Virus record (IMG/VR): IMGVR_UViG_3300046167_000888
DNA length: 64,000 bases
Direction: 5' to 3' (one strand)
Source: a virus
The notes beneath the pieces are model-generated. The model ran no database searches, had not been told where the DNA came from, and saw nothing but the letters and a program-made list of their open reading frames with translations. This document shows positions 19,770 to 29,586 of the stretch, piece after piece. Numbering within the stretch: position 1 is the first letter of the stretch; every line of letters starts with the position of its first letter. A program made the position numbers and the translations under genes.

Positions 19770-20417
19770 ATGAACAATTTAGCACAAAAGTCGTTATTTA
19801 TTGGAATTTTCATATTAGCAATGATATTTATTCCACTATTAATCAAAGCATTATTTTGGGTGTTATTACAAATGTTTAATTTCCCATTACATGCGTTATT
19901 AATTTCAATTATAGTTATATGTTTGATATCCCTCTTACCAGAAGGACAAGTAAATAATCAACTGAAACAATATCAGAAGATAAACTACAATCAGTTTAGA
20001 TGGTGGAGAAGTTATCAACCTAAAAACAAACCACTTGATAATCGCAAACCACTTCGTGATCGTATATTCAATGGTGACTTTGATTATTCATGCTATAAAG
20101 CCCAACAATATCAAGTTGAATATCAACTGAATGATATATTAGAAGAGTGTGATATGGATTATGGGAAATATCTAGAAAAAACATCAGTTATCAGGGCTCG
20201 AAGAAAACGTTTGATTGAAGATTTTGAAAAAGATGAAGCTGAACGTTTACGTTCGCTGACAGTTGAATTCACAAAATATTTCAAATGCGATAGAGAACAA
20301 GTTGAGAAAGAAATGTTAGAATGCAGTGGCACCCTGATAGATCTTTATTATATTATCGAAGAAAAATATAAAATAGTCCATGCCCCATATCCATTAAGAC
20401 GTAGAGGGACGACCTAA
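19770..20417 (+). CDS. Hypothetical protein (TM N-terminus + soluble domain; possibly chimeric)
   Basis: Follows promoter motif and AATAAAGGTCATG start. Confidence 0.55.
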   Translation: MNNLAQKSLFIGIFILAMIFIPLLIKALFWVLLQMFNFPLHALLISIIVICLISLLPEGQVNNQLKQYQKINYNQFRWWRSYQPKNKPLDNRKPLRDRIFNGDFDYSCYKAQQYQVEYQLNDILEECDMDYGKYLEKTSVIRARRKRLIEDFEKDEAERLRSLTVEFTKYFKCDREQVEKEMLECSGTLIDLYYIIEEKYKIVHAPYPLRRRGTT

Positions 20418-20429
20418 AAAATTAAGTAT

Positions 20430-21233
20430 ATGAAAGTAAGCCATGAAGTACCTAGATGTCTTTTAACAGCATCTCCCGAATTTAATGATTATGATTATTG
20501 TTTACCTCACTTGTTAGATCAAGATGAAGAATATAAACAATATTTTATTGATGCTCGAGATAAAGGTAGATATGTTATTATGGATAATTCACTTCATGAA
20601 TTAGGAGAAGCATATGATTATGATAGATTACGTCATTGGGTAACAGAATTACGACCAAATGAATTTATAGTCCCAGATGTATGGATGAATTGTGCTCAAA
20701 CAGCAGCTCAAGCTAAATATTGGTTACAATTTAAATATCATAAAAACACAAAAATAACAGCTGTAATTCAAGGTGAAAACAAAAATCAAGCATACTTATG
20801 TGCTAATTTATTAGCAAATTTAGGATATAAAAAATTATGTGTATCATACGGTGCTACTTGGTATAACGATTTTTTCCCACACAACAATGTAGATATGGGA
20901 AAAGCATTGGGTAGAGTACGATTTGTACAAGGTTTATTAAAATTACCTCAATTAAAAGATATAAAATTTCATTTATTAGGTTGTGCTATACCACAAGAAT
21001 TTGGTTGGTATGATAATGACCCAAGAATAGAAACAATAGATACTTCAAATCCAGTAATGGCTGGGTTAGAAGATACTTTATATAAAGAACATGGTTTAAA
21101 TACTAAACCAAAAGCAAATATGAATGATTATTTTGATATTGACTATGAAAAAGTTGATTATTTAAATATAATTCATAATACAACAGTTTTTAGAGAAATA
21201 AATAATATAGAGAAAATTAAACATTATGGCTAA
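20430..21233 (+). CDS. Divergent TGT/DpdA-like 7-deazaguanine transglycosylase
   Basis: VIMDNS, IVPDV, AVIQG, FHLLG, TIDTS motifs in TGT order; adjacent to queC. Confidence 0.7.
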   Translation: MKVSHEVPRCLLTASPEFNDYDYCLPHLLDQDEEYKQYFIDARDKGRYVIMDNSLHELGEAYDYDRLRHWVTELRPNEFIVPDVWMNCAQTAAQAKYWLQFKYHKNTKITAVIQGENKNQAYLCANLLANLGYKKLCVSYGATWYNDFFPHNNVDMGKALGRVRFVQGLLKLPQLKDIKFHLLGCAIPQEFGWYDNDPRIETIDTSNPVMAGLEDTLYKEHGLNTKPKANMNDYFDIDYEKVDYLNIIHNTTVFREINNIEKIKHYG

Positions 21234-21423
21234 ATTAACAAGAACAGTAAATTATGCTAACTTCAGATGGGAAGAATATATCTTAACAGAAGAAGAAGTT
21301 GCAAAGTGGAAAACAGGTGATGAAGACCTTCAACAAGAAATTATAGATGATGCAGATTGGGACCTGGTAAGAGATAAACCGATTGATGATTATGGTGACG
21401 TAGAATTTGTAGAAAACGATTAA
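21226..21423 (+). CDS. Hypothetical acidic protein
   Basis: Coupled ORF. Confidence 0.5.
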   Translation: MAKLTRTVNYANFRWEEYILTEEEVAKWKTGDEDLQQEIIDDADWDLVRDKPIDDYGDVEFVEND

Positions 21424-21424
21424 T

Positions 21425-21610
21425 ATGGCAGAAGTAATAAAACACGCATTAGGGCTTTGTGGAGAGCACTTTCATCCAAATATTTGGACACTTCTTTTAG
21501 GAGGAGTTGGATTATCTACTATATTTTCGTATGTTCGATTATATATAAAATGTAAATTTAAACAAGCGTTAGCCTATACGCAAAATACCTGGCAAAAAAT
21601 TAAATTTTAA
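21425..21610 (+). CDS. Small membrane protein
   Basis: HALGLCGEHFHP + TM helix. Confidence 0.5.
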   Translation: MAEVIKHALGLCGEHFHPNIWTLLLGGVGLSTIFSYVRLYIKCKFKQALAYTQNTWQKIKF

Positions 21611-21613
21611 ATT

Positions 21614-22405
21614 ATGGCAAAACACGTAGTAGTTTCGTTAAGTGGTGGAATGGATAGTAGCACCCTATTGTTAAGAGCTATCAATGAATATGATACTGTA
21701 ACAGGTATCTCTTTTGACTATGGTCAAAAACACAGAGTAGAGCTAGAAAGAGCTCAATCGTTAATTAATTATCTAGCAGATAATGGTCACAAAGTAAATT
21801 ATAGACAAATTAAACTAGATGGATTAGTAGATTTACTAGATTCAGCTTTAGTTCAAGGTGGAGATGATGTACCAGAAGGACATTATGAGCAAGATAATAT
21901 GAAAGAAACAGTTGTACCTAATAGAAATAAAATGTTTGCTTCTATTACTCAAGCTGTTGCTTTATCTATTGCAAATAAAACAGAAGAAACTTGTGATATC
22001 GCTTTAGGTATTCATGCAGGTGATCATGCTGTTTATCCTGATTGTAGACAAGAATTTAGAGATGCAGATGATGCTGCCTTTAGAATTGGTAATTGGGAAG
22101 CTGATAGAGTAGGTTATTTTACTCCTTATTTAGATACTGATAAATTTGGTATTCTACAAAATGGAGAAATTTTATGTGCAAAACTAAAAATTGATTTTGA
22201 TGAAGTCTATTCTAGAACTAATACTAGTTATAAGCCTTTTCCTAGTGGGAACAGTGATTATAAATCTGCTTCGTCTGTTGAGCGAATTGAGGCATTTATT
22301 GCTTTGGGTAGGAAAGACCCTGTTCAATATGAAGACGAAACTGGTGAAGTTGATTACGAAGTAGCAAAAAAGCATGTTGAAAAAGTCCTTGCTGAATACG
22401 TATAG
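21614..22405 (+). CDS. queC: 7-cyano-7-deazaguanine synthase
   Basis: SLSGGMDSST, FDYGQKH, VPNRN, YPDCR. Confidence 0.93.
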   Translation: MAKHVVVSLSGGMDSSTLLLRAINEYDTVTGISFDYGQKHRVELERAQSLINYLADNGHKVNYRQIKLDGLVDLLDSALVQGGDDVPEGHYEQDNMKETVVPNRNKMFASITQAVALSIANKTEETCDIALGIHAGDHAVYPDCRQEFRDADDAAFRIGNWEADRVGYFTPYLDTDKFGILQNGEILCAKLKIDFDEVYSRTNTSYKPFPSGNSDYKSASSVERIEAFIALGRKDPVQYEDETGEVDYEVAKKHVEKVLAEYV

Positions 22406-22432
22406 GAATATATAAATTAATAAACTATAGTA

Positions 22433-22579
22433 ATGACAACAAATCAACAATCAAATAACGGTAACGAGCAGTTGAATACTGCTCGTAACACGTTTAATCA
22501 CAAGGTAGCTAAACTAAGTATGCTAGGTAATAGCAAAAAGGTTTATTGGGATGGTCGAAGACGAAACCGATCAATCTAA
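22433..22579 (+). CDS. Small basic hypothetical protein (48 aa; not in ORF track)
   Basis: MTTNQQSNNG..WDGRRRNRSI fills the gap between queC and tRNA. Confidence 0.4.
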   Translation: MTTNQQSNNGNEQLNTARNTFNHKVAKLSMLGNSKKVYWDGRRRNRSI

Positions 22580-22584
22580 AAGGA

Positions 22585-22659
22585 GGGGGATTAGCTCAGA
22601 CTGGCTAGAGCGCTTGCCTTGCACGCAAGAGGTCATCGGTTCGACTCCGATATTCTCCA
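22585..22659 (+). tRNA. tRNA-Ala(TGC)
   Basis: GGGGGAT/ATTCTCC acceptor, GCTC/GAGC D arm, CTTGC-CTTGCAC-GCAAG anticodon arm, TTCGA T loop; no encoded CCA. Confidence 0.93.
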
Positions 22660-22662
22660 CAA

Positions 22663-22735
22663 TATCCCGTGGTGTAATTGGTAACACGTCTGGTTTTGGT
22701 CCAGAAGAGTATAGGTTCGAGACCTGTCGGGATAA
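22663..22735 (+). tRNA. tRNA-Gln(TTG)
   Basis: TATCCCG/CGGGATA acceptor, TCTGG-TTTTGGT-CCAGA anticodon arm, GGTTCGAGACC T arm. Confidence 0.9.
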
Positions 22736-22749
22736 CAAAGAGTTATGAT

Positions 22750-22935
22750 ATGAAAAAGTTTTTAACATTCGCTTTAATTTGGTACAGCCAACAAATGGCT
22801 ATTCCATTTTGGGTAGTAGGTCATGTTCACTTAAGCATTAGCACATACCAGGATATTCACGAAATAATTGCTAGCATAGGATTAAACGTCTTAGTAGCAA
22901 TAGGATTTATAATTGATTATAAAAAAAATGGATGA
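22750..22935 (+). CDS. Small membrane protein
   Basis: MKKFLTFALIW..; start moved downstream of the tRNA. Confidence 0.5.
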   Translation: MKKFLTFALIWYSQQMAIPFWVVGHVHLSISTYQDIHEIIASIGLNVLVAIGFIIDYKKNG

Positions 22936-23590
22936 TATACTAATCTTTGATGATTTTCTTTCTATAGAACAACAAGATAAAATTGAAAAAGAAATTATTG
23001 TCAATACTTTTTTTAAGTGGAGATCTTCTTATGGGGGTGTTTTTGAAAAACCTAATTTATCTGACTTAGGAGATTCTAGACCTTTAGCTTTTGATGCTCC
23101 TAAAGATGGTAAAATAAAAATTAAAGATAATAAATTTTGGAATCAGAGTAGACCTGGTTTGATGTGTGGAGAATGTTATGAAGTTTATAGTGGTTGGGTT
23201 TGGTGGAGTAAAAACCCAAATTTTCAAAAAACAATGTGTACACCTTTAAGTGCATTAAATTCTCCATATGATATTCAAAGAATTAAAACAAACTTTAATC
23301 TTCAAGAAGTAATTGAAAATAAAGGATCTTGTTATGTACCTCATGTTGATATAGAAAAAGGTGGAGGATGGACAGGAATTTATTTTGTTAATGAAAGTGA
23401 TGGTGATACAGTTATTTTTAATGAAAAGGGAAATGAACCTATTAGAAATAATGAAGAGATAAGTGTTAAAAAAGTTATAAAAAATAAAAGGGGGCGTTTA
23501 GTTTTATTTAAACAAAATTTACTACATGCTGGATGTCCTCCTATTAATTCAAAAAAACGAATAGTAGTAAATTATAATATTACACCATGA
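22913..23590 (+). CDS. 2OG-Fe(II) oxygenase superfamily protein
   Basis: PHVD, IYFVNESDGDT, GRLVLF..LHAG, RIVVNYN. Confidence 0.8.
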   Translation: MIIKKMDDILIFDDFLSIEQQDKIEKEIIVNTFFKWRSSYGGVFEKPNLSDLGDSRPLAFDAPKDGKIKIKDNKFWNQSRPGLMCGECYEVYSGWVWWSKNPNFQKTMCTPLSALNSPYDIQRIKTNFNLQEVIENKGSCYVPHVDIEKGGGWTGIYFVNESDGDTVIFNEKGNEPIRNNEEISVKKVIKNKRGRLVLFKQNLLHAGCPPINSKKRIVVNYNITP

Positions 23591-23773
23591 AAGAAAAACA
23601 AGAACTCCCAGATGCTTATATGCATCAAAAAATAAGTTTTATTAAATCCGCGATACGTATAGCAGGTTACGCTTTTCTTCCATTTAGCTTGGAGATTGCA
23701 ACTATTGTTCTTATATTATCGGAGATAATTGGAATAGTAGAAGAATTAGTATAAATAAAAAAAACAATAAATT

Positions 23774-24013
23774 ATGAAATTATATTATTTTAGTGCACCT
23801 TGGTGCGGACCTTGTAAGGTATTAGGACCACAAATGGAAAAAAGTGGATTGCCTTATACAAAAGTAAATGTTGATAGTGATACTGAATTATCAACTAAGT
23901 ATGGAATTAGAAACGTTCCGACTTTATTAAAAGCAGATTCTCAAGGAAATGAGATATCTAGAATTGTAGGTGTAAAACCTATACAAGACATTAAAAATTG
24001 GTACAATGGGTAA
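23774..24013 (+). CDS. trxA: Thioredoxin
   Basis: WCGPC, IRNVPT. Confidence 0.9.
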   Translation: MKLYYFSAPWCGPCKVLGPQMEKSGLPYTKVNVDSDTELSTKYGIRNVPTLLKADSQGNEISRIVGVKPIQDIKNWYNG

Positions 24014-24470
24014 ATTTCAATCAAGTAAAGTTTTTGACGGGTTTAGTACAGTGTTTCGTCAATGGAAAGCAACTACAACACACTGTAGATTTGTTCATGG
24101 TTATGGTATTTCATTTAAAGTTTACTTTGAAGGTGATCTAGATGAAAGAAATTGGGTTTGGGATTTTGGTGGAATGAAAAGAGCTAAAACTCAAATTGAT
24201 GGCATGTCTCCTAAAGCATGGATGGATTATATGTTTGATCATACTTTAATAGTAGCAGAAGATGATCCAGAATTAAGAGCATTTCAACAAATGGATACTG
24301 CAGGTGTAGCTCAAGTAAGAGTAATTCCAGCTACTGGCGCAGAGAAATTTGCTGAATATATTTATCATAAATTAAATGATTTTGTTAAGACTGAAACTGA
24401 TGGTAGAGTAAAAGTTACTAAAGTTAAGTTTGCAGAACATGGAAAAAACGCTGCTTATTACAGCGAGTAA
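24006..24470 (+). CDS. queD: 6-carboxy-5,6,7,8-tetrahydropterin synthase-like protein
   Basis: HCRFVHGY, WVWDFGG, FDH, AEKFA; Que-cluster context. Confidence 0.8.
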   Translation: MGKFQSSKVFDGFSTVFRQWKATTTHCRFVHGYGISFKVYFEGDLDERNWVWDFGGMKRAKTQIDGMSPKAWMDYMFDHTLIVAEDDPELRAFQQMDTAGVAQVRVIPATGAEKFAEYIYHKLNDFVKTETDGRVKVTKVKFAEHGKNAAYYSE

Positions 24471-24479
24471 GTTATAATA

Positions 24480-25298
24480 GTGAATGAAAAACCACTTAAA
24501 AAAATTAACAATATGCACAAACAATTGAAACGTATTGAGGATTACGATAAAAACCTCCCGATTGTAGAAGTTTATACTGCAGTCCAATCTGAAGGCTCTA
24601 GAGCAGGATACCCCACAGTAGTAATTAGAACAACAGGATGCACTCACAGATGTTATTTCGGTGAAGGTGGTTGGTGTGATAGTTGGTACACAAGTATTCA
24701 TCCAGAAAAAGGCCAATATTCGTTTAATGATATTATTAAAGCATATGAGGATAATCCCCATATAAAAGAAATGATGCTTACAGGAGGATCTCCTACTATG
24801 CATCCGGCTTTAGTAAATGAACTAACACACTTTGCACATGAAAATGATATATTCATTACTATCGAAACTGAGGGTAGTCACTTTTTACCCACTGATTATC
24901 CGATCAATTTATTATCTATATCTCCTAAATTCTCGAATTCGATCCCTGTGGTCGGAGTCAAAACTCCTCAAGGTGGAATCACGGACGAAAGAATGGTAAA
25001 ACGTCATAATAAGCTTAGACTTAATTATGAATCCATAAAACAATCAATTGCTTACCACTCAGATTATCATATTAAACCAGTATGGGATGGTAAAGATGAA
25101 GGAGCTTTAGCAGAAATTATGGAATGTATTTCTATATTAGATGTTAAACCTGAAAAAGTTTGGTTTATGCCTGCTGGAGATTCCAGAGAAGCATTATTTA
25201 AATCTTATCCTGTATTATTTGATTGGGTTAGAGATAATGGTTATAGAATGACATGGAGACCCCATATCATTGCATTTGAAGATAAAAGAGAAGTATAA
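24480..25298 (+). CDS. queE: 7-carboxy-7-deazaguanine synthase (radical SAM)
   Basis: VQSEG, GCTHRC..WCDS, LTGGSP, IETEG, ISPK. Confidence 0.9.
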   Translation: MNEKPLKKINNMHKQLKRIEDYDKNLPIVEVYTAVQSEGSRAGYPTVVIRTTGCTHRCYFGEGGWCDSWYTSIHPEKGQYSFNDIIKAYEDNPHIKEMMLTGGSPTMHPALVNELTHFAHENDIFITIETEGSHFLPTDYPINLLSISPKFSNSIPVVGVKTPQGGITDERMVKRHNKLRLNYESIKQSIAYHSDYHIKPVWDGKDEGALAEIMECISILDVKPEKVWFMPAGDSREALFKSYPVLFDWVRDNGYRMTWRPHIIAFEDKREV

Positions 25299-25301
25299 AA
25301 T

Positions 25302-25920
25302 ATGAAATTAAAAGACACAATAGGAGTTTATAATAATGCCTTTAGTAAAGAAGAATGTGCATTATTAATCCAACAATTTGAAAACGCGATAGTAGAAGGT
25401 ACTACATATACAGGAAAAAGTGGTGATGGAGAATCTGAGTATAAAAAAAGTAATGATTTTAATTTATTAGAATCTAACCATCAAAGCAATAAAGACCTTT
25501 CTAATCTAGTAATGGATAGATTTAATGATTATTTAAGTAACCATTATTTGGAAAATTTCCCACATAGTAATGAATTCAATCATCATAGAATAGTAAATGG
25601 TAAAACATTTTATCCATTACTTCAAATTCAAAAATATGACCAAAATTCAGGTCATTACAACACATGGCATACTGAAAAAGAAGATTTAAATACTACAAAT
25701 AGAATGTTTGTTTTTATTTTCTATTTAAATGATGTTGAAGAAGGAGGGAGAAACAGGATTTTTATTTAAAGATGAAGATACAAATGATTTCTTTAAAGTT
25801 AAACCTGAAGCTGGAAAATTGATTATCCATCCTGCTAGTTGGCCTTATATTCATAAAGGATACATGCCAAAATCTGATGATAAGTATATTTTAACAACCT
25901 GGTTACAATTCCAAAGTTAA
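25302..25920 (+). CDS. 2OG-Fe(II) oxygenase; 1-nt frameshift near 25746-25749
   Basis: WHTE, FYLNDVEEGG|ETGF, GKLIIHPASWPYIHKG; ORFs 25302..25769 and 25729..25920 join. Confidence 0.75.
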
Positions 25921-25921
25921 A

Positions 25922-25951
25922 CGTGGATAAGCAAGAAGCTCTTCGTATATT
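25922..25951 (+). promoter_or_regulatory. Repeated promoter motif
   Basis: CGTGG..TCGTATATT upstream of folE. Confidence 0.7.
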
Positions 25952-26046
25952 AGAAGATATAGAAGAAAATGTAAATACATGCTGTGCTATTACTATGGAG
26001 CCAGATGAAGTATTAGTATTAATAGATAAATTAAAAAGTTATATAA

Positions 26047-26739
26047 ATGAGCAATAGAAGAAAAAACCACACCGATTTAGAAGTAGTACAAGAAGGGTTT
26101 GCAAATGGTGTTGCACCTGGTTTCCCTTTAAATGACAAAGAAAAACAAAAAATGATAGATAAGGCTACTAAAGCCTATGCTAAATTCTTAGAAGCATTAA
26201 AATGTGATTGGCAAAACGATCCCAATTCAGCTGACACACCTAGACGTGTAGCTAAAGCTTATGTAAATGATTTATGGGCAGGTAGATATACTGAAATGTC
26301 TCCTATTACATCTTTCCCCTCAGATGGTTACGATGGAATTATTATTGAAAGAAATATTCCTCTAACATCAATGTGTTCTCACCATCACCAAACAATTGGA
26401 GGTGTAGTTCATATTGGTTATATAGCTGGTGCAGGTGGAGATGTAATTGGATTATCAAAATTAAATAGAATTGTAGAATTATTTGGTCGTAGAGGAGCAA
26501 TACAAGAACAATTAACATCAGCTATTCATAATGCTGTAAATAAAATTACTGAAGGTAATAAAGGTGTAATTGTTACTATAGTTGGAACACATAATTGTGT
26601 TAGCTGTAGAGGAGTTAAACATCAAGGAGCAGCAATGGTTACTACTAAGGCATCAGGTGTATTTAGAGAAAATGATAATCTAGCTAGAAAAGAATTTTTT
26701 GATAGTTTAAAAATAAATAACGGAGGACATAATATATAA
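26047..26739 (+). CDS. folE: GTP cyclohydrolase I
   Basis: DTPRRVAK, SMCSHH, IGLSKLNR, QEQLT, HNCVSCRGV. Confidence 0.95.
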   Translation: MSNRRKNHTDLEVVQEGFANGVAPGFPLNDKEKQKMIDKATKAYAKFLEALKCDWQNDPNSADTPRRVAKAYVNDLWAGRYTEMSPITSFPSDGYDGIIIERNIPLTSMCSHHHQTIGGVVHIGYIAGAGGDVIGLSKLNRIVELFGRRGAIQEQLTSAIHNAVNKITEGNKGVIVTIVGTHNCVSCRGVKHQGAAMVTTKASGVFRENDNLARKEFFDSLKINNGGHNI

Positions 26740-26744
26740 GAAAA

Positions 26745-27287
26745 ATGGCACTACTAAACGAAGAAGAAAATAAATTATTTTTAAGTTGGGATGACATAAA
26801 TACATCAATAAAAATATTGTGTGAAAAAATTATAACTGAATATCCAAATATTGACTCAGTAATGGGGTTACCTAGAGGAGGTCTAATTCCAGCAGTTTTA
26901 ATTTCACATAAATTAGATATCCCTTTTGTTATTCACCCAGGTAAAAATACTTTAGTAGTAGATGACATTAATGATACAGGAGAAACTTTAAGTAAAGCAC
27001 CTGGTGCTTACTGGGCTGTATTACATCATAAACCAACATCTAAATTTAAACCTAATTTTTATGCTAAAGAAGTTGGTGATGAATGGATAGTTTATCCTTG
27101 GGAAAGAGCAGACTCAGCCCCAGTTCAGGATTATCTTCAATCAGATGAATTTTTAGAATTTGCAGAAAGAGAAGACAATTCCGAGGTATGGCCAGAAGAA
27201 GATCGTAAATTATATACGATAGGAGGTTTAAGTAATGATAAAGAAGGATCATTTATGAAATTTGTAAATAAACAGAAAGATGAGTAA
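26745..27287 (+). CDS. Purine phosphoribosyltransferase (xanthine/guanine PRT-like)
   Basis: GLPRGGLIPA, LVVDDINDTGET PRPP loop, WIVYPWE. Confidence 0.85.
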   Translation: MALLNEEENKLFLSWDDINTSIKILCEKIITEYPNIDSVMGLPRGGLIPAVLISHKLDIPFVIHPGKNTLVVDDINDTGETLSKAPGAYWAVLHHKPTSKFKPNFYAKEVGDEWIVYPWERADSAPVQDYLQSDEFLEFAEREDNSEVWPEEDRKLYTIGGLSNDKEGSFMKFVNKQKDE

Positions 27288-27825
27288 ACAATTAAAATTA
27301 GAGTTTGATGTTCCATTTGTGAACGAGGTAGAAGAATTTAATGCCACATTTGGCAAACCAAATAATTATGAACCAACAATACCAGAAAAAAAAGAATGGC
27401 AATTTGTATACGACTTCATACTTGAAGAGCTCGAAGAATATAAAGAAGCTTGCGAACGAGGCGACATTGTGGAAGTTTTGGACGCTTTGTGCGACATTGC
27501 TTATGTTTCCATTGGGAACGGTACTATGTTACATGGCCTTAAGAGCAAGATATGGCCTGCATATCAAGAGGTACAAGGAAGTAATATGTCAAAAGCTTGT
27601 AAAACTGAAGAAGAGGCCATACTCACCGTCAGCCAAAGAAGTAAGGAACAAGGTGAGACCTGTCATTTTGAGAAACTTGAGGAAGGACGGTACATTGTCT
27701 ATAGATCAAGGGATAAGAAAGTAATGAAATCAATTAATTACTATAGACCAGATCTAACACAATTCTTTTCTCAAAAAGAAATTGAAAAATGTCTTCCAAA
27801 TTCTAACCCATCAACTATAATTTAA
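27280..27825 (+). CDS. MazG-like / PRA-PH family nucleotide pyrophosphohydrolase
   Basis: ILEELEEY..EVLDALCDIAYV, EVQGSNMSK. Confidence 0.85.
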   Translation: MSKQLKLEFDVPFVNEVEEFNATFGKPNNYEPTIPEKKEWQFVYDFILEELEEYKEACERGDIVEVLDALCDIAYVSIGNGTMLHGLKSKIWPAYQEVQGSNMSKACKTEEEAILTVSQRSKEQGETCHFEKLEEGRYIVYRSRDKKVMKSINYYRPDLTQFFSQKEIEKCLPNSNPSTII

Positions 27826-29586
27826 GTGTATAAAAAATGTTATCAAGGTAGAAAGTTAGGAACGAATATGTGGGAAATGCATCTATGGGAATCAGATGAT
27901 GTACATCAAAAAATCCCATTTGAAAATTTTGCATATGTTGAGGACGATGAAAACTTTACACATAAAGGATTAAATGGTGAAAATTTAAAACCAACACTAG
28001 ATTGGTTCTATACTAAAGGTAAAAATAAACATAAAAATACTCCAAGACTTCATTTCCATGATATGAAGTATCCTCAAAAATTTCTTATTGAGCGATATGG
28101 AACTAATGATGAACCATCTACAGGTCATAAAGAAATATTTTTTGATATTGAGTGTGAGATGTTAGACTCATTTGAAGTAGAAGAAATTGAAAAAGCAAAT
28201 AAAACTATTACTTCAATAGCATTTTGGGATAAGAAAAGTGATTTCTGGGCTTGTTTAGTTTTAGATCCTAAAGGTGAAGTTGAACAAACTAAAAAAGTAA
28301 TTCCATTCGATACTGAAGAAAAATTACTTATGGCATGGGTTGAAGTTATAATGAAAATTCGACCTGACATTTTAATAGGTTATAATAGTGACAGTTTTGA
28401 TATGCCTTACCTTTACTATAGAATTTGTAATGTTTGTGGTAAAGATGTAGCTGATATGATGTCTCCACTTTATGGTTATGTAGAGGAACCAGTTAAATCT
28501 AAAAAATATAGTGATTTCTTTTATGCTAATGGGATGTTTATTAGTATAGAAGGTATCGAGTCTTTAGATTATATGCGTTTACATAAAAAATATAGTTGGG
28601 CTGATGAACCTAGTTGGAAATTAGATGCGATTGGAGAAAAATATGTTGGTGTAAAAAAGATTGAATATGATGGTAATCTAAATGATTTATATAAAGATGA
28701 TATTCAGAAATTTGTTGAATATAACTTTCGTGATGTTGAAATATTGAAATTATTAGATGAAAAATTAGATTATATAGCATTAACTAGAAACATTGCTCAT
28801 AAAGGTAAACACAATTATAGTGAAGTTTATGCAAACACCACTACACAAGACGGAGCAATTTCAGCTTATCTATTAGGCCAAGGTATTGTACCTAGTAATA
28901 AAGAAGTTAATCCTCAGAAAAAACAAGGATATGCTGGTGGTTGGTTATTTTGTCCTGAAGCTGGATTATATGAAAATATGTTTGATTTAGATTTAACATC
29001 ACTATATCCTGCAATTATAAGGACAATTAATATTGGGAGAGAAACTTATGTAGGGAGAATATTAGATGCTGATGATAGAAATAATCGTTTAGGATTAAAT
29101 GATTTAAAAGCTATGGATCCAAAAACTTCAGTTATATTTGAAACACCTAAAATGTTACAAGAAAAATGGGAAGTGGGAAAAATTGTTAAAGCTGTTGAAA
29201 AAGGTAAATATAGAGTTGCTGCTAATGGGTCATTTTTCTCAAGTAAGAAAAAATCAACATTATCTGTTATTCTAGAAAAATGGTTTAATGAACGTGTTGA
29301 ATATAAAAACAAAATGAAAGCTGCTTATAAAGCAAAAGATACTGAAAAAGGTAAATACTATTACTTAATGCAGTATACAATGAAAATTTTGCTTAATAGT
29401 TTATATGGAGCTACTGCAGTACCTAATTTTAGATATGGTATGAATTATTCTATTTTAAGTGAAGCAATTACATTATCAGGACACAGAATTATTCAAGAGA
29501 GTGCTTTATGTGCTAACAAATATTATAATAAAATTATTGAAGGTGAAATACCTAAAGAAGAATTTATCTCAAAACTAAAACTATGA
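27826..29586 (+). CDS. Family B DNA polymerase, N-terminal subunit (3'-5' exonuclease, motifs A and B)
   Basis: FFDIE, GYNSDSFDMPY, YNFRDV, DLTSLYP, KILLNSLYG. Confidence 0.92.
   Translation: MYKKCYQGRKLGTNMWEMHLWESDDVHQKIPFENFAYVEDDENFTHKGLNGENLKPTLDWFYTKGKNKHKNTPRLHFHDMKYPQKFLIERYGTNDEPSTGHKEIFFDIECEMLDSFEVEEIEKANKTITSIAFWDKKSDFWACLVLDPKGEVEQTKKVIPFDTEEKLLMAWVEVIMKIRPDILIGYNSDSFDMPYLYYRICNVCGKDVADMMSPLYGYVEEPVKSKKYSDFFYANGMFISIEGIESLDYMRLHKKYSWADEPSWKLDAIGEKYVGVKKIEYDGNLNDLYKDDIQKFVEYNFRDVEILKLLDEKLDYIALTRNIAHKGKHNYSEVYANTTTQDGAISAYLLGQGIVPSNKEVNPQKKQGYAGGWLFCPEAGLYENMFDLDLTSLYPAIIRTINIGRETYVGRILDADDRNNRLGLNDLKAMDPKTSVIFETPKMLQEKWEVGKIVKAVEKGKYRVAANGSFFSSKKKSTLSVILEKWFNERVEYKNKMKAAYKAKDTEKGKYYYLMQYTMKILLNSLYGATAVPNFRYGMNYSILSEAITLSGHRIIQESALCANKYYNKIIEGEIPKEEFISKLKL

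Noticed and set aside
22551-22768. ORFs 22551..22748, 22571..22768 (-) and the 5' part of 22678..22935
   Set aside because: They overlap two well-formed tRNA genes
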